From a virus (lineage: Duplodnaviria; Caudoviricetes), in the IMG/VR virus record IMGVR_UViG_3300021559_000014, positions 1-48,887 of that record: 48,887 bases of DNA; one strand, given 5' to 3'. Under the pieces are notes generated by a model. The model saw nothing but the letters and a program-made list of their open reading frames with translations. It was not told where the DNA came from and did not search any database. Below, one piece after another: positions 33,125-42,777 of this stretch; the stretch's first letter is position 1; every line of letters starts with the position of its first letter. Both the position numbers and the translations under genes were made by a program.

Positions 33125-33243
33125 TCCTGCACCTAAAGCACAGAGTGCTGGCAAGCAACCCCTAACGGGATGACTGTCTCCCGACATGTTGCGCGTGGCA
33201 CCCGGCGGGTGGAAGGCCCGCACAATCAAACACGGGTAGCAAA

Positions 33244-33378
33244 ATGAAAGCATTCAATGTCGAATACGACAAAGACATTGATGCGGTCTACATCTTGATC
33301 TGGAACGCGAAGGCTATCCGTAAATGGTGGAAGGTGTTTCCGGCTTTGATGACAGCAATTGCAAGGGCAATACGGTAA
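33244..33378 (+). CDS. Small protein with DUF2283-like N-terminus (44 aa)
   Basis: Read by hand: MKAFNVEYDKDIDAVYILIW... Confidence 0.4.
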   Translation: MKAFNVEYDKDIDAVYILIWNAKAIRKWWKVFPALMTAIARAIR

Positions 33379-33401
33379 AAACACCAATAGGAGAAAAACC
33401 G

Positions 33402-33827
33402 ATGTGCGACTTCAGCCTCCAGCATATCGCCTCTCGCCCGGCAAAGGTGGGCGACAAACTCGTTACTACGAACTTCAACACCGGTACGAACGGCTTCATG
33501 TCGGCGGATACCCTACGCGACGAAACCAAGGTCGCCGTATGCGTGATGCCCGGCACTGAGTTGGCGTTTGAGTACAGGATCGCCACTCGCCAGTTTTCGT
33601 ATTTTCTCGGTCATGTCAATGAGCGTGCGTCGAAAGTGGCGCGCTTCACCCAGGTCGACAAGCACATCATGCACGCTCACCACGATGCGCTTGAACTGCC
33701 GGACGGCGAGGTTATCCTGCTTACCCGCCTGTGCGAGGGCCAGACCGCGACCGTGCTGCAACTGCCGGCCGAGCCCAAGAATGAGGCGGAAGCCGAAGCG
33801 CAGCGGCATGCTGAGTTCGTTGGATGA
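33402..33827 (+). CDS. Conserved hypothetical protein
   Basis: AGGAG RBS; MCDFSL...SRPAKVGD.L...AVC..PGTELAF...HHDALE.PDG...L.EGQ.ATVLQLPA, recalled from rhizobial genomes. Confidence 0.8.
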   Translation: MCDFSLQHIASRPAKVGDKLVTTNFNTGTNGFMSADTLRDETKVAVCVMPGTELAFEYRIATRQFSYFLGHVNERASKVARFTQVDKHIMHAHHDALELPDGEVILLTRLCEGQTATVLQLPAEPKNEAEAEAQRHAEFVG

Positions 33828-33931
33828 GCAGCAAAGCATATAACAAGATTGCGGAAGGTCTGAAGGAGGCCATCGCGGTCGCGCGCGGCGAGAAGAAGCC
33901 CGCTAAGCTCTTCGTCCCGCCGGAGGAATGA
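33824..33931 (+). CDS. 35-aa peptide resembling the N-terminus of HigA-type antitoxins
   Basis: MSSKAYNKIAEGLKEAIAVARGEKKPAKLFVPPEE*; ATGA-coupled to the previous gene. Confidence 0.55.
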   Translation: MSSKAYNKIAEGLKEAIAVARGEKKPAKLFVPPEE

Positions 33932-34350
33932 CCAATGGCTGAACCAGAGATTTTGCGGGTGTGGAGGCATGTGCATCCACGGAAGCATAGGCCACCGGAG
34001 TATTGGTCGGCTTATGCGGCAAGCAAAAAGATGAGCAAGCGTGCGCGAGCACGTCGGCGCAAGGTCAGGAGTAGCAAGCTGCCTCGGAATTGAGATGATG
34101 ACTACAACTATAATCTTTGGGTTCTACATTGCGGTCGGCATTGGCGTGGCCATCTGGTTATACGAGCCTGAGCGCGACGGTATTTTATGGCGCATATTGC
34201 TTTGGCCATTGGAAATCGCGGCGAGGATAATATGAAAAAGAAACTACAATGCAGTAAATGTCACCGTCTTTATCGGAGTGATGCGCGATACGGTGATAAT
34301 TGCTATTTTTGCTGGCATCTCGGTTTTCGTAATGCGCTAATCGTCTACCA

Positions 34351-34575
34351 GTGAGAGATTGCGCGCATCACATGTATCAAGAATGCAAAAAATGCCGTGG
34401 ACTAGGTTTGGGATATAAGTCTACAGGGCATTGGGGTTATGCCATGTTTATCTGTGATGATTGTGCTGGGCGCGGATTTTTGTGTGATGAGGCCGAACAT
34501 TTGCGGCGTATCAGACAAATCATCGAAGAAATAGCAAAAATACCAGGGCACGTCGGCGGCAGGCAAGGAGATTGA
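34351..34575 (+). CDS. Small Zn-finger protein
   Basis: CKKCRGLG and CDDCAGRG. Confidence 0.55.
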   Translation: MRDCAHHMYQECKKCRGLGLGYKSTGHWGYAMFICDDCAGRGFLCDEAEHLRRIRQIIEEIAKIPGHVGGRQGD

Positions 34576-34578
34576 CCA

Positions 34579-34896
34579 ATGGCCACCAGGAAGTCACAAC
34601 CGGCCGCTCCGGTGCCTCTCAACTCCGTGCCGTTGCCGGTGCGCAAGAAGGAATCGAGCTACAGTCCCGAGGAATCGGACCGTAGCTCGTATTTCATGGA
34701 ACGCTATCAATACATGCCGGAGACGCGCAGCAAGCTGTCTCCGGGGCCGCCCGAACACTCATGGGGCAATGGCTCCTATGAGCGGTCCGGACGTGCTGTG
34801 CGTGTTGGGCAGCCCGGCCCCGGCCGTCAGCAGCCAGATGCGGGGATGGTCACCAAGGGGCAGCCGGGGAAGCCTATGCGGCCGGGGAGATGGTGA
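34579..34896 (+). CDS. Hypothetical disordered protein
   Basis: AAGGAG RBS; Pro/Gly/Arg-rich. Confidence 0.6.
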   Translation: MATRKSQPAAPVPLNSVPLPVRKKESSYSPEESDRSSYFMERYQYMPETRSKLSPGPPEHSWGNGSYERSGRAVRVGQPGPGRQQPDAGMVTKGQPGKPMRPGRW

Positions 34897-35061
34897 TGAC
34901 GCCGCTTTGGTTCTGGGAGGATGTCCGGCAGGAAACTTATTATGATTATTTTTTCTGTGGGGTTGGGAGCCATGACTGGAAACAAGCAATGATTGCTAGT
35001 CAGCAATGGTGCAGGCTGCGAGCATCGGGGGCAAGAATATGAACGACAACAGCAACCGTCC

Positions 35062-35592
35062 ATGACCGAATCGGGAGACCGACTTAGGGCGCATGGCCGC
35101 TTTGAAGTACATTGTCATGGTGCCGATGGCAGGTTGAAGTGGCATGATGTCATTGACAATGTAGTCGCGACAGTCGGTAAAAATCTGGCCTTCACTACAT
35201 TTCTCAATGGTTCGGCCTATACGGTTACCGGCCCGTTCATGGGGTTGATCTCGGGCACGAGCTTTACCGCCGTAGCAGCCGCGGACACGATGAGTTCTCA
35301 TGCCGGGTGGCTTGAGGCCGGCAATGCCAATGCACCAACCTATTCAGGAAACCGTGATACTTGTGTTTGGGCGGCGGCATCGGCTGGATCGATTGCCTTA
35401 TCGGCGGCTCTTCTGTTCACATTCACCGGCAGTGGTACGGTGCAGGGATGTTTCATCGTCTATGGGTCGGGAGCGGTAAATACCATTGACAGCACTGCTG
35501 GAACGCTTTGGTCGGCTGGCGTGTTCAGCGGCGGCAGCAAAACAGTGCAATCCGGTGATCAGCTCAGCGTCAGCTATTCGGTGAGCATGTGA
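35062..35592 (+). CDS. Virion structural protein, fibre-anchor/collar-like
   Basis: G.F...C...DG.LKW.D...N.V.TVGKN...GW.E...F.....GTV.G.F....GTL.SAG.F....K.V.SGD.L.V.Y. Confidence 0.65.
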   Translation: MTESGDRLRAHGRFEVHCHGADGRLKWHDVIDNVVATVGKNLAFTTFLNGSAYTVTGPFMGLISGTSFTAVAAADTMSSHAGWLEAGNANAPTYSGNRDTCVWAAASAGSIALSAALLFTFTGSGTVQGCFIVYGSGAVNTIDSTAGTLWSAGVFSGGSKTVQSGDQLSVSYSVSM

Positions 35593-35593
35593 T

Positions 35594-35914
35594 ATGGCTG
35601 AGCAGGTCGTTTCCATTGCATCCGGCGCGACTTCGGCGAACGTCGATGTATTGCAGCTGTTCAGTTTTCTTCTGCAGCAGAACGTCGTGCGTCAGGTGAT
35701 GGTTACTGGCGATCCCACCAACCCGCTCGGATTCACGGCAGTGTTGAATATAGCTCCAACCGGGGCCGAATATGCGGACACCGTGCGAGTATCACCGGGC
35801 AGTCCCGACTTCGTTGAGCTCAATAGATTGCTCTCGGCCATCCTGGCAGAATTGCAGAATCTGGTGACCGTACAAGGCGGCCTCCCGCTTTCATCGCCGG
35901 CACTTCTTTCCTAG
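35594..35914 (+). CDS. Putative virion protein
   Basis: Coupled ORF within the structural cluster. Confidence 0.6.
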   Translation: MAEQVVSIASGATSANVDVLQLFSFLLQQNVVRQVMVTGDPTNPLGFTAVLNIAPTGAEYADTVRVSPGSPDFVELNRLLSAILAELQNLVTVQGGLPLSSPALLS

Positions 35915-35929
35915 CAGGAGAACAAGACA

Positions 35930-36733
35930 ATGCCTGGCACAATCGTGCAGCCATCCGTCCTCGTCGGGCGCGCTCTCCCGCAGGCTTATCCTGATGGCGT
36001 TTCTCCTCCGGGGCCGCCGCGAGCAGATCGTTACAGCGGTCAATATGTGCAGTCGCTGGTTCCGACCAAGCATGTGTTGGCAGATCAAGGCAGCTATTTC
36101 ATCGCAGGCATGCTGAATGGTGCAACCGCGCTGCAGGCGGGCATCAGTGCATCGTACTCGGCAATCACTTACTTCCTTGCCTTGCAGAACACGGACGCGC
36201 CGACAAACCCGAACGCCAAGCGATGTTATCTGGACTTTATCAAGTTCATCGTTTCAGTGGCTGGCACTTCGGGAACTAACTTGCTTTACAATACTGTGCT
36301 TGATAGCAACCGTGTCCCTACGCTATCGGCGCTGGGTACGGCTACCACTGGGACTGCCTACAAAGCTCCTGCGGTGAACGTCAACATGGACTCCGGTGCA
36401 CAGCCGGTCGGGCAGGCTTTATTCCCGCAATCGACGGCCGCCGGCGTTCCTCCTGCGGTGTCGGCTCAGTCGCCCAACGCTCGGTCGATTGTCGGCAACG
36501 GCGCGTTGCGCAATACCATTGTCGTGGTCAACGATGAATTCAGAATTACGTTTGGCGCAGCCGACTATCCTTACGTGGTGATACCGCCGGCCACCATTAC
36601 CAAGGCGATCGAGCCGCATCCGCCCGTTGTGATCGGACCTGGGCAGATTTTCCTGTTCTCGATGTGGTCCGCTTCAAACGCTACTGCGGGCAATGCGGTT
36701 TCTGATCTACAATTGGCGTGGTGGGAAATGTAG
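35930..36733 (+). CDS. Putative beta-rich virion decoration protein
   Basis: AGGAG RBS; beta-rich composition ending in WWE. Confidence 0.6.
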   Translation: MPGTIVQPSVLVGRALPQAYPDGVSPPGPPRADRYSGQYVQSLVPTKHVLADQGSYFIAGMLNGATALQAGISASYSAITYFLALQNTDAPTNPNAKRCYLDFIKFIVSVAGTSGTNLLYNTVLDSNRVPTLSALGTATTGTAYKAPAVNVNMDSGAQPVGQALFPQSTAAGVPPAVSAQSPNARSIVGNGALRNTIVVVNDEFRITFGAADYPYVVIPPATITKAIEPHPPVVIGPGQIFLFSMWSASNATAGNAVSDLQLAWWEM

Positions 36734-37561
36734 TTGTCGCTTCTGCTGCTGTTCAAGCCGGTAGTTGTCGGGTCGCTCAACTTATTGCTGAAGTCTGGAC
36801 CGGCCGCGGCTGTCGCGGCAGCCCTTGTCGTTCCTCCTGCTCCTGGACCGGTTCATTATTTTGGCACTGCCAATGAGGCGTTAACCGCCCAGGAAGTCAT
36901 TACCGCCAAGGGCTTGTTTCTCGCTAGCGATATCGAGGCGGCAAGTGCCGCTGATATTGAATCGGCGAAAGCCTTGCTGGCAGCCAGTGATACCGAAGCA
37001 GCAACAGCGGTCGATATCGAGTCGGCAAAGGGGTTATTTGCCGGGGCTAGAACCGAGCTGGCGACAGCGGTCGATACCGAGTCGGCAAAAGGACTGTTTG
37101 TTGCTAGTGATATTGAAGTAGCGACAGCACTCGATCTTCCGTCTGCTCTTGCCAAGTTTGCAGCGTCGGATGTTGAGACAGCATCAGCTGCTGATATTGA
37201 AACAGCAGCAACGGTTGTCCAGACTCATGGCCCTGTTTCATATTTGCTGCTCTTTTCCTCTCAGCTTCAGGCAATCCTTGATCCGGTAGTGCAGCAATTC
37301 TATACATACGGCACCAATAGCGTTGGCTGTAATCCGGATATCGTTGTCTATGATCTCGTTACCGGGCAAGCTGATACCCGGTGGGGAATTTTTATTACCC
37401 AGCCGCCGCCGGTAGTACTTTCTCTTCTTAATCATCCCAAATTGGCTTTGGCGGCGTCCAGGTCGGATTTGGGGGTGATCACCGTGCTGCAAAATAATCT
37501 GTTGAGATCGGTGACTCAGTACCAGTTCATTGTTCAAGGGATTGGTGTTTTCCCAATATAG
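36734..37561 (+). CDS. Fibre-like protein with 20-aa tandem repeats
   Basis: About six units like ASDIEAA.A.DIESAKGLF; start uncertain (TTG). Confidence 0.6.
   Translation: MSLLLLFKPVVVGSLNLLLKSGPAAAVAAALVVPPAPGPVHYFGTANEALTAQEVITAKGLFLASDIEAASAADIESAKALLAASDTEAATAVDIESAKGLFAGARTELATAVDTESAKGLFVASDIEVATALDLPSALAKFAASDVETASAADIETAATVVQTHGPVSYLLLFSSQLQAILDPVVQQFYTYGTNSVGCNPDIVVYDLVTGQADTRWGIFITQPPPVVLSLLNHPKLALAASRSDLGVITVLQNNLLRSVTQYQFIVQGIGVFPI
36862..37220 (+). repeat. Degenerate 60-bp tandem repeat (about 6 copies)
   Basis: Consecutive 60-nt blocks align, e.g. (g/a)tcggc(g/a)aa at 36961, 37021 and 37081. Confidence 0.8.
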
Positions 37562-37580
37562 TGAGCGAGGAGGGCGTCCG

Positions 37581-38057
37581 ATGGCTGACAATCCGCTTGC
37601 CAATGCCGTCAAGGCGCTGATGGACGAGATTGCGCGTGAGGAAGGCCGGCAGAAAGCAAATGCTACCTCAGTGCAGGCCACGCAGGCGCATCTGGCGGCG
37701 CTGACAAAAGAACGGGACGATATGGTTGCGTCTCTGGAGAAAGAGACAGCCAAGCTCCAAGCGGCGCAAGCGCAGACAGCGGCTGCACAAAAGCAGATAA
37801 GAGATATCAAAGCGCAGGCCACAGCAGAACACCAGCGGGTGGTGGCTGCGGCACAGGCAGAAGCGGATAGGATCATCAGGGTTGCGCGGTCGGAGTACGA
37901 CAGGCGAATTACTGAAGCGCAGGTTGCGGTTGATGGCATGCAAAAGCAACTCGACAATATCACTGCCAAACGTGACGACCTGCTCAAGCAGGCGCAGGCG
38001 GCGGCTGCTAGGCTCGATGCGATGAAGAAAGCTGCGCGCGAGTTTGCTGGTGCCTAG
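37581..38057 (+). CDS. Coiled-coil protein
   Basis: GAGGAGG RBS; Ala/Gln heptad pattern. Confidence 0.7.
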   Translation: MADNPLANAVKALMDEIAREEGRQKANATSVQATQAHLAALTKERDDMVASLEKETAKLQAAQAQTAAAQKQIRDIKAQATAEHQRVVAAAQAEADRIIRVARSEYDRRITEAQVAVDGMQKQLDNITAKRDDLLKQAQAAAARLDAMKKAAREFAGA

Positions 38058-38391
38058 GCTTAATGTTGCGCTTAACCAGGACGACGATCATCTTGTCCCG
38101 GCGGCGATCAACATTTCTGGAAACGGTAACAATGTGATCGTTGCGGGAGTTGCCGGGCAAGTCATCCGCATTTTCAAAATCTTTTTCATCACGGCGGCAG
38201 CGGTCAATGTCACTTTCAAGGACGGTGCCGGTAATCTGCTTACGGGCGCAATGCCGTTTGTTGCCAATATGGGGATGGTACTCGACTTTGATACCAAGCC
38301 GTGGGTGACAACGGCGTTGGGGACCTCGTTCATCATTAACTTGAGCAGCGGCGTGCAGGTATCCGGCGCTCTTCAGTACGAACAAAAATGA
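38050..38391 (+). CDS. Small beta-sandwich virion protein
   Basis: I.SGNGNNVIVA.VAG..IRI.....TA...VNV.F..G...LTG.M. Confidence 0.65.
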   Translation: MPRLNVALNQDDDHLVPAAINISGNGNNVIVAGVAGQVIRIFKIFFITAAAVNVTFKDGAGNLLTGAMPFVANMGMVLDFDTKPWVTTALGTSFIINLSSGVQVSGALQYEQK

Positions 38392-40082
38392 GTTCAATCT
38401 TTGGGGCGAGTGGCGGGGGTGGCTCAACTGGTTTGTCAATCGGCGTGACTCCTATTGCCGGAGGTGCTAATAAAAGTTCCCTTTTTGACAATGCTGGTAT
38501 TCTCGGTGAGCATACGCCACTCGTTGGTGCTGGTGCGATCAGCATTTTTGTTACGGTGTTTGACGGCACGATAGTTGGCGGGGCGGGATATGTTAGTGCA
38601 GTTTATGAAAATGTCCCACTGACTGGCGGTAGCGGCATCAACGCCACGGCGCGAATTACTGTTGTCGGTGGCGTGGTTACCCTAGTTCAGCCTAATGGCA
38701 CCGATCTTAAAACTGCAATAACCCCAGTAGTGGGTATCCCGTTTCCTTCGGGCTACATCGTTGGCGATGTACTCTCCGCTTCAAATGCCAACCTCGGCGG
38801 TGCGGGTGCGGGCTTTACCTTCACCATTACTGGAATTGGGAATGATGCTACTGCAGACGGCACCTCGGCCAAGCCATTTTCCCTAATTCAAACTGCGATT
38901 GAAAGCCTTATTGAGCGCGACTTTAATGGCAACGATGTTACTATCGTTCTCAAGTCTCCGGGGATTTATGGTGCTTGTAACATAGTAGGAACCAACTTTT
39001 TTAGTACGGTTCTTAGTCCCGACGCTTTGGCTTCCGGATTCAAGATTTCGTATCTTATTATCGATGGCCAAAATCCCACTAATGCGTTTGTGCAAACCAA
39101 TCAAACATTCTTTGGTGGGCTTGTTACTTTCTCCGGCTTTTCGACCATCGGCTTTGGGATCAAGAATTTCACGGCGGACTGCCGGACGCAGCCTGATGGC
39201 GCCGCACTTTCTGCGATCGATGGCGCCCGTTGCCAGATCGGCGACGGAAGCGGCAGCAATTTTGCAATTCTAGGCGATCCCGCGATATTAGCGAATTCAG
39301 GTGAATTCATTGTAGTGGGAACTGGCGGCGAGTGGCATCTATCAGATAATATTACGCTAAACGGGGGCCTTTGGGACTTTGGCTTTAGGGTCGATCCAGG
39401 GGGACTTATTGCGCTTGGTGACGGAGTTTCCGGAGGGTCGAACGCGCTAACTTTTACCTGCATCGGCACGTTGCCGCCGCGCGCCGCGGCGGGTTTCGTT
39501 CATATGAATGGCGGTCTAGTAATCATTGCCGGCGGTCCCGTTTTGTTCTCAGGGACAATGACCGCGACGACCAAAGTTTGGTTTAATGAGGGTACTGTTG
39601 ACTTAAGCAATCAAGGAGGAACCGACCTTACTTTCTTTTCTGGCAGCACCCCGGTATTTTTTAATGCCAGTGGACTTTATCTTGGCGCAGCTTCGGGCGC
39701 GGCTTCCGCTATCGCAACTGGCTTTGATGCGGTGGGCGTTGTCGCCCTCACGCTCGCAAACGGCCTGAATTCGAACATCACCACGCCGGCTAGTCAGAAC
39801 GTCAGGATAATCGGCCCGAGTGCGGGCTTTAGTGTTGGCGGCGTGGTTCATCCCGCATTCCAGATCGGGAATGTTACGGGAACCCCGGGCGGTGCCGAGC
39901 TGCGCTTATACAATAGCACATCGCAGCAAATGACCATTGTCAATGAGGATGCGAGTTCGACGGCGGCCAATCGTATTACGACGCTGACCGGCGCTAACGT
40001 AGTGCTTCGCGCGGGCAAATCGTTCGCCACGCTGATCTACGACGATACCGACACGCGCTGGATATTGATGAGCACAAATTGA
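38388..40082 (+). CDS. Tail fibre/spike protein
   Basis: Gly/Thr-rich; Y.NVPLTGGSG..A.A.ITV.GG.VT; GNDA...G...KPF..IQ.AI start of a beta-helix; C-terminal NE...S.AANRI...LIYD....RW domain. Confidence 0.75.
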   Translation: MSSIFGASGGGGSTGLSIGVTPIAGGANKSSLFDNAGILGEHTPLVGAGAISIFVTVFDGTIVGGAGYVSAVYENVPLTGGSGINATARITVVGGVVTLVQPNGTDLKTAITPVVGIPFPSGYIVGDVLSASNANLGGAGAGFTFTITGIGNDATADGTSAKPFSLIQTAIESLIERDFNGNDVTIVLKSPGIYGACNIVGTNFFSTVLSPDALASGFKISYLIIDGQNPTNAFVQTNQTFFGGLVTFSGFSTIGFGIKNFTADCRTQPDGAALSAIDGARCQIGDGSGSNFAILGDPAILANSGEFIVVGTGGEWHLSDNITLNGGLWDFGFRVDPGGLIALGDGVSGGSNALTFTCIGTLPPRAAAGFVHMNGGLVIIAGGPVLFSGTMTATTKVWFNEGTVDLSNQGGTDLTFFSGSTPVFFNASGLYLGAASGAASAIATGFDAVGVVALTLANGLNSNITTPASQNVRIIGPSAGFSVGGVVHPAFQIGNVTGTPGGAELRLYNSTSQQMTIVNEDASSTAANRITTLTGANVVLRAGKSFATLIYDDTDTRWILMSTN

Positions 40083-40122
40083 GTGATAATATGAATTGGC
40101 GAATACGATGAGGAATAGAAAA

Positions 40123-41292
40123 ATGACTTTTGACCAGACCTCGCAATTCGCCGCTCAGGGCAGAACGGCAGCAACCGCTTTGATGAATAGGCTTGGCAAT
40201 ACTTTTATCAACGTGCGCGACGATTATGGTGCCAAGGGTGACGGGCTGACAGACGATACTGCGACCCTGCAAGCTGCCCTTAATGCCGCGTTCGGCACAG
40301 GAACGGGAACGATTACTCAGATGGCGCAGCGTCGAGTTGTCATTCCGCCGGGTAAGTTCATTGTCCGCGGCAATGGCTTGACCGGCAAGAATTGGTTTGG
40401 TGGCTGTGTTCATGGTTCAGGGCGTTTTTCTACGCAAATCCAGAACGCGGATGGCGGGCCAGTGATCACAACGGACGGCTGTCAGTACATGCGCTTCGGC
40501 GACATGCAGCTCGATGGTAGCAACGGAACCAGTATTCTTTTCAATCTAGATTTCAAGGGCACGGGGACGGCGCTGCAATCAAATACTTTCGAGAACATGT
40601 ATTTCAGTGACGCTGGCGTTGGATTGATGATTGCCGAGAGCGGGTTCATGGGGTCTGAAAACCTGATCCTTAATTGTTTCTTCGGAAATTTATCATCTCG
40701 TGGGCTGCAAGTCGTCGGCTTCAATGCTCTGCAGCAAACTATTGTCGGTGGTAATTTTCAGAATTGCGGCATAGGCGTGAACGTTAATACCGGATCAGTC
40801 AACGTGATCAATGGTGTCGGGTTTCAGGATAATGGTTGGGATATTCAGATAGACGGCGCCAGCGGTAACACTATGGTAGTGATGGGCTGTAGAACAGAAA
40901 GCTCCAATTTCATCAATAACCTTGGCACTCAGGCAATATCGGTCATGGGATGTCATCAAACCTCATCAGTTCGCGGGTTATTTTATACTGGCAATGGTGG
41001 GATGGTCGATATTGGTGGATGTTTCTTTAATGGACAAATACTTCCAAAGGGTTGGACGCGCCTCACCATGCGATCATGTGAGCCAAACATGGAAATGGCG
41101 CCCAATGATTGGCTGATCAGACAACCGACTAATTGGTGGTACATTCCTAACAATCCGCAAGCGCTTGTTATTGAGCTGGAAAACATTCTCTCAGTCACAA
41201 ATTCCGGCGCTGTCGATCCTCCAATTGGGAAGCAGCGAATTTTCACGACTGATGGGCAGACGGTGACTACGCAAAACTATGTAGTAGCGTGA
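40123..41292 (+). CDS. Tailspike depolymerase (pectate-lyase-like beta-helix)
   Basis: INVRDDYGAKGDGLTDDT..LQAAL...V.IPPG.F followed by Asn/Gly-rich beta-helix rungs. Confidence 0.8.
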   Translation: MTFDQTSQFAAQGRTAATALMNRLGNTFINVRDDYGAKGDGLTDDTATLQAALNAAFGTGTGTITQMAQRRVVIPPGKFIVRGNGLTGKNWFGGCVHGSGRFSTQIQNADGGPVITTDGCQYMRFGDMQLDGSNGTSILFNLDFKGTGTALQSNTFENMYFSDAGVGLMIAESGFMGSENLILNCFFGNLSSRGLQVVGFNALQQTIVGGNFQNCGIGVNVNTGSVNVINGVGFQDNGWDIQIDGASGNTMVVMGCRTESSNFINNLGTQAISVMGCHQTSSVRGLFYTGNGGMVDIGGCFFNGQILPKGWTRLTMRSCEPNMEMAPNDWLIRQPTNWWYIPNNPQALVIELENILSVTNSGAVDPPIGKQRIFTTDGQTVTTQNYVVA

Positions 41293-41308
41293 GTTCATCC
41301 TATATCCA

Positions 41309-41881
41309 ATGAGGTTAACGATGCGCCGTTTTCTGTTCTGGTCATGTCTTGTTGCGGCTTTGGCCAGCGGGCATCACCGTCATGCTCATGCTCAGCAGTC
41401 TGTAACGACGCCAGATAGCGGCGCAGTAGCGGTTACAGCGGATGTTAATAGTTCATCCCATTCGGCTGGGCAGTCTCTTGGCGGACTAATATCGGTTCCG
41501 ATCGCACGTATCTCTGGAGGAGCCGGGATTATTACCCAGGTCGCGTGGGTGTCTCCTGGCGGTTCGACGGGACAGATTGTTGTGCGTATTTGGCAGCGTA
41601 AGCCAGCAAGCACGACATGTACGGACAATACGGCATATGCGGGTAATGCAACGGACGATCTATATCTGATCACACCGCCTTTCGCGTTGACGCCTGCCGC
41701 TCCGGCGGTGACTACCGGAGACTCTAAAACCTATGCTTCTCTTACAGGTCAGACGTTTGATTTTAAGAACCAGGATTTAGCGGCAAGCGTCAATCTTTAC
41801 GCTTGTGTAATCACGGTTAGCACGGATACAGCCGACGAAAGCACGTCGCCATGGATCATGATGTCGGGACCGCTTGACTGA
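41309..41881 (+). CDS. Secreted beta-rich protein
   Basis: MRRFLFW...AHA/QQ signal peptide; 2 Cys in the mature part. Confidence 0.65.
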   Translation: MRLTMRRFLFWSCLVAALASGHHRHAHAQQSVTTPDSGAVAVTADVNSSSHSAGQSLGGLISVPIARISGGAGIITQVAWVSPGGSTGQIVVRIWQRKPASTTCTDNTAYAGNATDDLYLITPPFALTPAAPAVTTGDSKTYASLTGQTFDFKNQDLAASVNLYACVITVSTDTADESTSPWIMMSGPLD

Positions 41882-42768
41882 TGAGAATACTCTTTTTTGC
41901 TGGATTGTTGGCGGCACTTTTTCTGACCCCAGCTGACGCTAATTTGATCGGCGGCAAGCGGGTATTGCTTGCCGGCAAAAGCAAATTTGTCGGAGCAGGC
42001 GATATCGTTGTAAGTGCGACGGCATGGTGGGGCCTGCGGGCCTATAACCTCGCCTATGCAGCTTCTGCCGGCAAGATTGCCCTTGTCTGCACGCCAGCCG
42101 ACGCTACTTGCGCTAACGTAAATTCGGATTCTAAAGGGAATTTTAATTTGGCGGGAACGCCAAGCCTGACTTGCAACAACGGCGGCTCGATCTGCACCAT
42201 CAAGACGTTTTTCGATCAGAGCGGAGCTAATAGTTGCGCTGGAGCCTGTGATCTTACACAAGCGACAATAGCCAGTAGGCCGACTCTAGTCATAAATTGT
42301 ATCGCCTCGTTGCCTTGCGCCTTGTTTTCCGCAGTGCAGACTCTGGCATCAGTTGGCGCTGCTTATAGTCAACCTGACACCTGGTCTATTGTAGCAAAGC
42401 GGACATCCGGCACAGTTCGCACTTCTGTATTTTCCCCATCCAGTGGGTTACAGCAGGTTGGCTTCGATACTGGTGCCACCAACATGCTGTGTTATGCTGG
42501 TTTGGTTCCGTCTATTTCTGGCGCTGCAGAGGGAGCATTTCATTCTTTTCAGTGCATCCTTAATAATCCGTCCTCCCAATATTTTTTGGACGGTTCTGGG
42601 GCGGGGATTTCAGCAGGCACACAAAATGTCGCGGCTTCAGCGTTTGCTATGAATTCCGCTAATCCAGGGGTATTTGAATTTACTGAAGGTGGCTTGTGGG
42701 GAGTTGCATTTTCATCCGGGCAACAATCGTCAATGAACTTAAATCAACATGCTTATTGGGGATTTTGA
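41881..42768 (+). CDS. Secreted ConA/LamG-like lectin-fold protein
   Basis: Signal ending ADA; AWWGLRAY...FDQSG...DLTQAT...RPTL...NQ.AYWG pattern; 10 Cys. Confidence 0.6.
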   Translation: MRILFFAGLLAALFLTPADANLIGGKRVLLAGKSKFVGAGDIVVSATAWWGLRAYNLAYAASAGKIALVCTPADATCANVNSDSKGNFNLAGTPSLTCNNGGSICTIKTFFDQSGANSCAGACDLTQATIASRPTLVINCIASLPCALFSAVQTLASVGAAYSQPDTWSIVAKRTSGTVRTSVFSPSSGLQQVGFDTGATNMLCYAGLVPSISGAAEGAFHSFQCILNNPSSQYFLDGSGAGISAGTQNVAASAFAMNSANPGVFEFTEGGLWGVAFSSGQQSSMNLNQHAYWGF

Positions 42769-42777
42769 GGTGTTTAG

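Noticed and set aside
31263-42768. Diversity-generating retroelement or invertible fibre cassette
   Set aside because: No reverse transcriptase, no template/variable repeat pair and no invertase or inverted crossover sites seen in this window
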